NCBI RefSeq assembly: GCF_001194135.2
Contig: NC_068991.1
Coordinates: 33,179,753 to 33,215,640 of the forward strand
DNA from: Octopus bimaculoides
Taxonomy: Eukaryota
Reading direction: 5' to 3'
Length of the DNA stretch: 35,888 bases
Position numbers and translations under genes: made by a program. How positions within the stretch are numbered: the stretch's first letter is position 1; every line of letters starts with the position of its first letter. The notes beneath the pieces were generated by a model. It was given only the letters and a program-made list of their open reading frames with translations, was not told where the DNA came from and did not search any database. Shown here piece by piece: positions 10,132 to 19,319 of the stretch.

Positions 10132-12590
10132 TTGTTATTATTATTCATATATGTACAACAAATTAAACTGTTGGAAAAGAAAAATCCTAACATCGGGCTA
10201 CAAGTAACCTTAGATGCCAAGAACCCTCCTAAGTATCCTAGCTGTCCCTAATAACAGTTTTCTGAGCTGTACTAAACTGGGTTTTATGCCTATTTCCTCT
10301 ATCAATCTGTTCAAATCTTAAGAGATAGTTCCTAATGCACCTATAACATTTTACCTGGACTTTCCATAGTCTTTGTAATTTAGTGGCTAGGTCCTGGTAC
10401 TTTGTTATTTTTTTCTATACCTCTCATATTGATTTTTTCATCATTTGGGACTGTAAAGTCAATTTTCTGGCACTTCTATTCTCTTTATCTACTACTACTA
10501 AATCAAGCCTTCTAGCATCTAATTATTAAAGTCCACAACATCTTATATTTCTTACTTTCTAGTACTTTACTAGGTTCATGTTCATACCATTTATCTGTAT
10601 GGTCAATTCCTAGCTATCTACATAACTCCCAGTGGATTACTCCCCCTAGCTTGTCATGTCTTTTCTTGTATTCTTTCTATGCCAGTATGCTACATTCACT
10701 TACTATATGAGTAACACTTTCTTCTTTTGATTTGCTTAATCTACATTGGGAATTTATTTGGCTTTTATCCAATTAGTCCTTGATGCTTGATCTTGTGTGG
10801 CTACTAACAAACATTTTGTCTCCCTTTTCAGCTTTCCTTTCTGCAATCATAACCATGCCTCACTACTACTATTTGCTGCAACTATCCTTGGGAATCTACC
10901 ATGCAAAGCCTTCTGCCAGTCAGATAACTTTTGTTCTTTTTTCTGGTTTTTAACTTCATTTGGCTTTTAGATTTCCATGTCTTGCTGTGACTGTAGCAGC
11001 TTTTAATACATTTGTTCACTATTATCTGCATAGGAGGCTATATCTACTCTAGCTAACTCCACACAGTCTTCTACTGATTTTAACCTTCTTCCACCTTCCT
11101 TTCTAGGTAAGTATAATCTTGCTACTCCTGCCCTTGGATGGAGTCCTCCATTCATATTGAATTCCTTCCTAGTGCTTCTGTCTAGCTTTGCTAATTCAGT
11201 TTTTGTCCAATCTACAAATGTTGCTGAGTATCTAAGTAATGGTACTGCCCAAGTATTTTCAGCCTTCACTAGATTTGGGCCATTTAGTTTTGACTTCATT
11301 AGCTTCCTTACACTTTTGACGTACTCCTCAATTTTGTTTTCATTTCTATAGTTAGTACTCTGTCAGATTCTAATACTCCTAGATACTTATAATTCTCTCC
11401 TTTCGGTGATTTTAATGCTTGGCCATCAGTTAATTGGATACCTTCACTGTTGACTACCTGTCCCCTTTTCATGACTAATATTGCACACTTAACTATGTCA
11501 AACTCTATGCTTATATCTTTGTTGAAGAGTCTTACAGTCTGTATTAAGAAATCTATCTCTTTTTCATTCTTACTAAAAAGCTTCAAGTCATTCATGTAGA
11601 GCAAATGGTTAATTTTTCTCTTAATATTCTGCCTGCTATACTGAATATACTCAAGCATTCACTTATCCATGAGTGTAGGATGTCATAGGTTTTTTTATCT
11701 GTTTCATGCTATTGTTAGATTTTTCTTTCTAGATTTTACTTCATTTCAAACTGCTTTGTTTATGTATAATATATCATGTGTTCCTCTAGCCTTCTTCTTG
11801 CAACCTTTCTGTTCTTCTGGCAGTAAATTCTGGCTGTCAAGGTGCTCGTAAATGCTTTCTGAAAGCATTCCTGTTAACAGCTTCCACACTAATGGTAAGC
11901 AAGTGATTGGTCTATAATTGCTAGTTGTATTACCCTTGCTTTTATCTTTCATAAGGAGTATTGTTCTCCCTATAGTCATCCAATCTAGTATTATTCCTCT
12001 ATTAAAGCAATCCTAAAGTTGTTCCCTCAGCCTCCCATGTAGACTTCTAAATTTCTTTAACCAATACCCTTGAACTAAATCTGGTCCTGGGCCCTTCCAA
12101 TTTGGCATTTTTCCTAACACTTTACACTAATTTGTCTTAGATCTGGCTGCTTCTCACTCACTACTTCTTTCCTCACTTTCTTTAACCAAACTGCATCTCC
12201 ATTATGATTGATTGGCTTATCCTAAATATTTCTCTAGAACTTTTCAACTTCTTCTACATTAGGTTTCTCATATTCAGTACTTTCTTCTTCACTTCTCTAC
12301 CCAAAGTGTTAACAATCCGTTCTCTATAACGCCTTCTTTTAGGTTCACTTTCTAAGTAGCACTGTATTGCTATCCTGTTTACTTCTCTGGTCCACTTCCT
12401 CGTCCTTACTCTATTGTCTGCTGATGCTGTCTTAGGAAAACAGCTGTGGTCAGGCTGCATCTTTACTGAACCACTGATGAACTAGAGGCCTTCCCTTAAA
12501 GGTCCAACCTCATTTTTACTGTTACAACCAGAGTTTATACACAAGGTAAGGTAACGTTCATCACCATCATCATCACCACTATTATTATTC
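10132..12590 (-). mobile_element. R4/Dong non-LTR retrotransposon, internally deleted and frameshifted
   Basis: N-terminal RKWTREVN..CYLESEPKRRRYRER. RT motifs GRTILLMKD..NYRPITCL, EEQKGC, HLLYMNDLK and YKYLGVLE, then LYLPRKEGGR. Zinc knuckle CRL..KEESVTHIVSEC..KRHD and REL RRLDLVVVDK..IDFTVP..KYQDL. ATT/TAA runs at both ends. Confidence 0.9.
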
Positions 12591-13059
12591 CACATGTGAT
12601 AGTTTCAACTTAATTTCTCTTGTATCACTTGCTGCACTTTTGTGCTGGTGAAGTGGTTTGAATCATCTGTTGTATTAGTTTTTGTATTGTGTGTTGTTTG
12701 TGCAGTGCAGGTTGTATTTTTGTTGGGTGTCAGACTTCTATGGCACATATGGGGTTTGTTCATTTTATTGGGTATTTACTGTAGGAGTTTATTTGTGTAT
12801 GTTTTTGGAGGAGTGTTGCATAGTAGTGTGTGTAAATCATAAATCAACCATTTCATTGTATTCATGGTTATCTGTCCATTGTTCTTTTTTTGGTTTTGTT
12901 ATGGGTCTGTCTTTACAGCATTTACTTTTTCACAGAACACTGCCGATAGGCATATGTTAATGTTTCTTTCATATTTATAGTTATTATTGATGTATAAGTG
13001 AAAGACTGAGAAGAAACAGCAATGTGCACATGTATAGAGGATTTGTATAGATATAGATG

Positions 13060-13531
13060 TGTATGTGATTAAAATTTTACTCACACATTTGCAGTTTTTG
13101 TATAGAAGTACTGCAGTCCATATGTTTACATTTTCGCACATTACGGTTTTAGGGTCAGGGTTAGGGTTTTAGGGTTAGGGTTAGGGTTAGAGTTAACCTA
13201 GAAGGGACAGGCCCCTTATTTTTTGGTTAAGGCTGTTGGTAAGTTTTCCTAAGTTACTCCAATCCAGATCCCCAATGCAAACCTTCAGATCAACCTTCTC
13301 CTATGCAGATCTCTAATGCAACTTTAAAAAAAAACAGTCAATGAGTGGAAATAACCAATAAACTGATTCCTTATGGGATTTCCCAATCAAATTGCCAGCA
13401 AACCATCTCCAGCGAAACCAATTTCAACGGATTTCACTCAAATCGATGTTACTTATTTTGGTTTGAAATAAAGCACTTGATCACTTAATAATCCTAGCTT
13501 AATCCCAGGCAGCGCCGGGCTATACTGCTAG
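13060..13531 (+). mobile_element. Non-autonomous Helitron-like element 3' part containing TTAGGG repeats
   Basis: GC-rich hairpin ccc(a)ggc-agc-gccggg (13504-13519), an 8-nt spacer, then CTAG (13528-13531) followed by T, which is the canonical Helitron 3' end. The 5' end was not identified. Confidence 0.65.
13149..13192 (+). repeat. Interstitial telomeric (TTAGGG)n-like tract with six GGG runs
   Basis: ttagggtcagggttagggttttagggttagggttagggttagag. Confidence 0.9.
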
Positions 13532-13649
13532 TACTCTATATAAGAAAAATCTTTCGGTTTCCTGAGATGGCTTACATTAAAACATAGTTTTCTTTCATTG
13601 TTTTTGCGGATTCTTAATTCTTGCTTTGTGATGGTTTCAAATTTGATAC

Positions 13650-14085
13650 TAAATCCTCTGGGATTTCCCAATCCAAACAGATCAGGTGCAAGAGCATATC
13701 AGACCGGACCTAGTGGTGGTCAACAAGATATATTACATGTGCTATATAGTTGATGTTGCATGCCCCTTTAACCCATGAATAGTCAAGAAGGAAGGTGAAA
13801 AATAGACATATACAATCCTCTTAAGTATGAAATAGCCTGGCTGTGGAAAATGAAGGTGAAGATAGTGCCAATTATTGCAGACAGTATCAGAAGGCATCTA
13901 GTGAAATAATAAAAGAAATCAGAATAGAGTGCCCAGTAGAACTGTTACAAAAGGTTTGCCTCCTTGGCACAGCCAGAATAATTAGGAAAGTATTGGATAG
14001 TTGAAAAGAACAGATAGCATGGTACTGTAGGAGTCATAACAAAACCTGAGATAAAAAATAAATAATACTGCTACTAATAATAAAT
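13650..14085 (+). mobile_element. R4/Dong 3' fragment (REL region)
   Basis: QEHIRPDLVVVNK..IVDVACP..IVPII..IRIECPVELLQKVCLLGTARIIRKVLDS*, then aacctgagata and a degenerate TAA tail. Confidence 0.8.
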
Positions 14086-14459
14086 TAATAAAATATTTTT
14101 GTATTTTTACTAATAAAGTTTTTTCTTTTGTATTTTTACCAATATTTTTTTTTTTGTATCTTATAAAAGTATTTTAATATTAAGCAAGCTGATATTGAAA
14201 CAACTAAAACTGCAGTACATCGAAAGAAAAATATTTTTCTACCAGCCACCAAACAAATACCAATAAAAAGTAATACTTCCGTTTTATTACATAGAATATT
14301 TAAATAGTATAGTCAGTTGCATAAGTAGGACTTATTTTATCAGCCCAAATGATAAAAACAAAGTCAACTCCAGATTTGAACTTTGAACATGGAAGAATAA
14401 AATAAAATATATAGGATTCTAAATAAATAACTAGAGTCATATCCTTATTGTATTTTTTC

Positions 14460-15500
14460 TTTTCACTTGCTGGATTTGGAGGAAGATGCAGTACACATGG
14501 CCTTTGCAGGCCCTCCTAGTAGGGTGAAATTAATGCCATTAATATTCAACTTAAACTCTTGTAAGTTGACACCTGCAAAAAAGACATAAACAGAGAGGGG
14601 ATTCCCAAAAACTTATGATCTAGGTAGAACTGGGTATAATAGTTAGTGTGAAGATGGTGGTTGGACACAACAAAGGTGATAAGAGGAGGAAAGATGAGTG
14701 GATTAGGAGTGCCTGATTTCAGCACGAGACCAGCCAGCTCTGAGAAACAAAGGCCATCATAGTTGTAGTAGAATAGGCAGGAGGAGGCTGGAGTCTCTGT
14801 GAGTGATTTTTAGACCTATCAGTCAAGTTATCTTAGTCAGGACACAGTTTTGGATGTCTGTATTTGCATCAGCAATACTCCATTGTGGGTTTCATTTGAA
14901 CTCTGTAGTATATCAGCAATTGTTAGAGGCTGAAGTAGTTTCTAATCCTGATGAGAAAGTGAGTCTCTGGACGTGGTTATAGCTATGTTAATGATATACT
15001 ATCACTGAAAGAGATCCTCATTGATAATAAGACCTTACATTTAAAGTGATAATGAAGGTTCTAGTTAAGGTTGGGGTTAGATATGACAATGTTTTTTGAT
15101 AGTGCTTGTGTATTTTGCTGTTGAAAGAAAGAAGAGTAGCATGGCTCCACTTGAGGATGAATTTGAGGTCTTTGTTCATGGAATCAGTGCTGGTCTGATG
15201 TATGAATGATGTGTAGTTGGGAAAGATTTGAAAAAAATGGAAGGTCATATTTGTGTGTGATGAATGTGAATGACAAGTAGGTCAAAGATGTATAGAAGAA
15301 AGGTGAGAGAAAACCTAAACCTTGAGTTACAGCAGAGTTTGTTTGAATGGGAGACATAAAGAGCTCTGTTAATACACCATGACTGTCTGATATGACAGGA
15401 AGCTGTCTATCCAAGAGGTGAGAGAAGGATGAAACTCATAAGTAGAGTAAATTAGATCCCATTACAGCCTTTTTGGCTGCTTGGGATGAGAATCAAACTG
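14460..15500 (-). mobile_element. CR1/L2-group LINE RT and 3' fragment
   Basis: Frameshifted ..YEFHPSLTSWIDSFL/DRQLPV..GVLTELF..NSAVTQG..LSPFF..IIH, then WSHATLLSFNS, and FQVSTYKSL near the 3' end. Confidence 0.65.
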
Positions 15501-15904
15501 ATCAGATTTGTTGTTAGATAACAATTTATCAAAATTAATTAGTTTTTTTAAAGTTGTGTTCTGTTACCAAGCAATAGTAACAGAAGACTACTTATTAAAA
15601 TGAATGTAGATTGTGCCAGGCACAACTCATTTATATAGTGGTCAAAAGCCTGATGCAAGAATACAATTTAACATAGTTAAATATATATTTAGCCATAGCC
15701 TATGATGTGTTGGTTCATTAGCTTCTGCTAAGCAGTTCTCCTGAGATGTGAATTTAAATTCATTGAATTTAAATATCTTAAGTTTCTCATCCTTGAATGG
15801 CAAACTGGAATAAATTTAAGTTACTATTTTGATCTTTGATTTGAATAAAAGGAAGGTAGGATTAGTCAAGGGTTGAACACTTGATTAAAGGCACTAATTT
15901 TATT

Positions 15905-16711
15905 TTTGGGGTAAGAGCACTAAATAGTGAAACATATAAATGCAATGTTATTACCAGTTCGAATATGCTAAAAACACGTTTAGACTTGTAAACAAGCCAT
16001 TCATTGTGTTTTGTCCTGGAGAAAATTTCTCACTGTAGACATATGGTGTAAATACACCCAAATCAGCTCACAGTGCCACCTATCCAGACTGTGAGATGCA
16101 AGCATTTCAGAGTAGTTATCTCCTCTTCAGTCACAGAAACCAGACAGTGGCACTGCAAGCTGATAGGAGAAACAATCTCTCATGTTTTTCCAGTAAACAT
16201 ACATTGGTTGGTAGTGCAAATCAACGGCTCATCGTAAATAAATTATAGGGTGAGAGCATTAAGCAGCGAAAAGTATAAATGCAACGTTATTACCAGTTTC
16301 AATATACTAAAAGCACATTTGGACTTGTAAACAAGCCATTCACTGAGTTTTGTCATGGAGAAAATTATTTTTGCATTTATACTTTTCGCTGCTTAGCACT
16401 CTCACCCCGTAATTTAATTATGATGAGCCATCAATTTGTGCTATCAGCCAGCGGATGTTGATTAGAAAAACATAAAAGATATTGTCTCTCTTATCAGCTT
16501 GCAGCACCAGTTTGGTTTCTGTGACTGAAGAGGAGATAGCTACTCTGAAATGCTTGCATCTCACAATCTAGATAAGTGGTGCTGCAAGCTGATTTGGGCG
16601 TATTTACACCATATGTCTACAGCAAGAAGTTTTCTGGATGACAAAACACAGTGAATGGCTTGTTTACAAGTCCAAACATGCTATTAGCATATTCAAACTG
16701 GTAATAACATT
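15905..16711. mobile_element. 807-bp foldback insertion: 339-bp monomer array plus inverted monomer, with 14-bp TSD
   Basis: Arms 15941-16284 and 16371-16714 are reverse complements (roughly 85% identical by eye). The spacer 16285-16370 repeats the monomer start. Exact direct repeat gcactaattttatt at 15891-15904 and 16712-16725. Confidence 0.9.
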
Positions 16712-17187
16712 GCACTAATTTTATTATCTTTGTCAGTTCTGTGTTCACACCTGCCTTTCATCTCTTCAAAAATAAATGAACTATCTACTAATAATTGATG
16801 CAGTCAAGTTGCATCTTTTTCATTTAAAAATGTTACTTTGTAACCTTTTGAAATATTTCACTAAATTATTAGAAACTAAAACTTAACTTCTGTCATAACT
16901 TATTCATAGGTATCCAGTAAACTAAACATGTATTAAACATATTAGAATATCATTCTAAAAGACTTTTGAGGTTTTAACTTGCTACTGTAAACCTAAAAGT
17001 CTGACAATGAAAGTTTCATAAATTCAATTGCTGCCTCTTCGCTGTCTGGCTGTTTATACACTAATCAGCAAGCTATCTTTCACTTTATCTTTTGGTAATT
17101 TTTACTATCAATCACTCCCTATTGACCAACATTATTAATAAATTTGAATATGAGAAATTTTATTAATGTGTACAAATTGTTTTTTAG

Positions 17188-17322
17188 CTTGACTTCTGGC
17201 CTGATTCATTCCGTAATAAAATTTTCTACCGAATCTTTGCAATTCAATATCCATCTGACCAAAACCAAGAAGAATGGTGGAAATTATTCAAGCCATGTGC
17301 ATCACAACGTCTGTTTATTCCG
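17188..17322 (+). CDS. GXYLT1: Glucoside xylosyltransferase coding exon B (135 nt, phase 0-0)
   Basis: ttttttAG|...|GTaaat. Translates LDFWPDSFRNKIFYRIFAIQYPSDQNQEEWWKLFKPCASQRLFIP, carrying the hallmark GXYLT motif KLFKPCASQRLF. In frame with exon A. Confidence 0.96.
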
Positions 17323-17640
17323 GTAAATAAACTTCAACTATATTACTAACTCTTAGCAACACACTGGTTTGTAATTTCTGACATTATTTTAATTCATCAG
17401 TACTGGAACAAGTTGTAACATTGGCTTAAGTCTACAGTGGATGGCTGAAGTTTAGATATATTTTTTCTGCTTTTCAGAAGGTGATTTCACTATATTTCTG
17501 TTGATCAGGTAGACAACAAACTTGTAGGGAAGAAGTATAATTCATTTTGTCTATTAGGAATCCTGGAGGAATGATAAGCAAGGTCACTCCCATAGTTGAT
17601 ACTAGAAGAATTTAAGCTCATTATGTAGTGAAATGAAGTG

Positions 17641-17775
17641 GGCACAGGAATGGCTGATTGGTCAAAAAGTTTGTTTCACAATCATCAAGACCCAAGTTTG
17701 GTCATGTACATTAGCCTCACATTTATCCAAGCCTTGTGAGTAAAATTAGATTGACAGAAATGTGTGGAAGTTCAA
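17641..17775 (+). mobile_element. Old, internally deleted tRNA-derived SINE
   Basis: gggcacaggaatggctgattggtcaaaaagtttgtttc (A-box-like head) and ccaagccttgtgagt body, resembling an octopus SINE recalled from memory. Confidence 0.45.
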
Positions 17776-17849
17776 CAGATGGATTGTACTTGTAATTCAA
17801 AAGGTTCAGACTTGTCACTATATCACATTGATTCAGTTTATAAATTGTT

Positions 17850-19184
17850 ACTTGGTAGTGAGACATGGGCTCTGACTGGAGAACATGCGTAGGCTGGAGA
17901 GGAACGAAGGTAGTATGCTCTGTTGGATTTGCAGTATCAGTGTGCATCACTGACAGAGCACAACTGTATTGAGAAAAAAGTTAGGCATAAGAGGGATTAA
18001 ATGTAGTATGCAGGAGAGGAGAATGTGTTGGTTTGGACATGTGATTTGTTATGAGTGAAGACAGCTGTATACAGAAGTGCTTCTTGCTGAAAGTGGCTAG
18101 TACCTGTGGAAGAGGGAGACCCAAGAAGACATGGGATGAAATGGTGAGGATGTTGGAGGAAATGACAGTGGATCAAGATGTTTGGCGATATGAAGTTCTA
18201 GAGAAGACCCGTCCATGAAACTGACTGCTAGAAGAGTTGTGTCCCACCCACTCTACGCTAAGAAATTGAACTACAATTCTTCTTCTAACTGCATCTTTCT
18301 CTTCCTCACATTTCCTCTTCATAAATTATGATTGTTTTTCAGTCCTCTTTCTTGCCCTCACTGCCTTGCTTATTGTATCGCTGCTCCCCACACCCCCAAC
18401 ACCCACACCCTATTTTTCTAACCAGGTTCTACATTTATATTCTTGTTATTTGTGAGTATACCCTAGCACTACACTGTCTCTCTTCTGCTTTCTCTTACAC
18501 TTTTGTTGTTTCCTACACTTTCTCTTTTTCTCTTTGGTCATTCTCTTTATCCTTCTCTTGTTTTTCCTCTGACTAGCTAACCAAGTATCTCCTTTACATC
18601 AGCACACTTATTTCTGACCTCTTTCTTGTACCTCTCTCTTATTCTCTATCACTTCTCTCATGTATCTCTTCTATAGCAAGACACCTGTTTCTGCCTTGTT
18701 ACACTCTAACCTTTCATCATTTGCTACTGAATCACCTCCTCTAATGCTCCTTCTGTTGTGACAAGACACCTGCTTCTGTCTCTCTGTCTCTTTGTCACAC
18801 TCTAACCTTTCATCCTCTGACACAAGTTCCCCTCCTCAAATGCTCTTCCCCTCTCTTAATTCCTTGTCTTGTTAGTTACTTGGTTACTCTGCCAGTGCTG
18901 GTGCCACATTAAAAGCATTTAGTCCACACTGTAATGTAGCTGGTGTTTGGAAGGGCATCCAGCTGTAAAAATCATGCCAAAACTAACCTCGCCTACGTAA
19001 AAAGCACTGAGTCCACTCTGCAGAGTGGTTGGTGTTAGGCAAGGCATCCGGCCGTAAAATCCCTGCCAAAACAGACACAGTAGCATAGGGTAATTTTTCT
19101 ACCTGGCCATCTCTTGTCAACCGTCCTACTCATACATGCATGGCAGATGGATGTTTAATGATGATGATGATGATGGTGATGATG
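17850..19184 (+). mobile_element. RTE LINE 3' end: ORF2 C-terminus, long pyrimidine-rich 3' UTR, tail and (GAT)n
   Basis: GSETWAL..RLERNEGSML.WI..KKLGIRGI..CGRGRPKKTWDE. The UTR 18250-18890 is homologous to 25860-26560. Tail aagggcatccagctgta and gatgatgatgat at 19157-19184. Confidence 0.85.
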
Positions 19185-19319
19185 TACACATGTTGCGAAA
19201 TACTTGGCCACCTATATGTTAATTTAAAGAGTAGCTAGTTCGGTTAATTGAACAACAGAAACTCATCATAGAAACAGATAAAGGATCTGTTACGAAAATG
19301 TTTCAACTATGTTCGGATG

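Larger units (their letters stand above)
182..17187 (+). other. GT-AG intron, 17,006 bp, TE-rich
   Basis: Lies between in-frame exons A and B; canonical GT and AG ends. Confidence 0.88.

Noticed and set aside
13149-13192. True telomere or chromosome fusion point
   Set aside because: Only 44 bp, degenerate, intronic and with no head-to-head CCCTAA array.
17478-17508. 31-nt candidate cassette or poison exon after a strong polypyrimidine tract
   Set aside because: Weak donor (GTagac), no homology and no supporting evidence from sequence alone.
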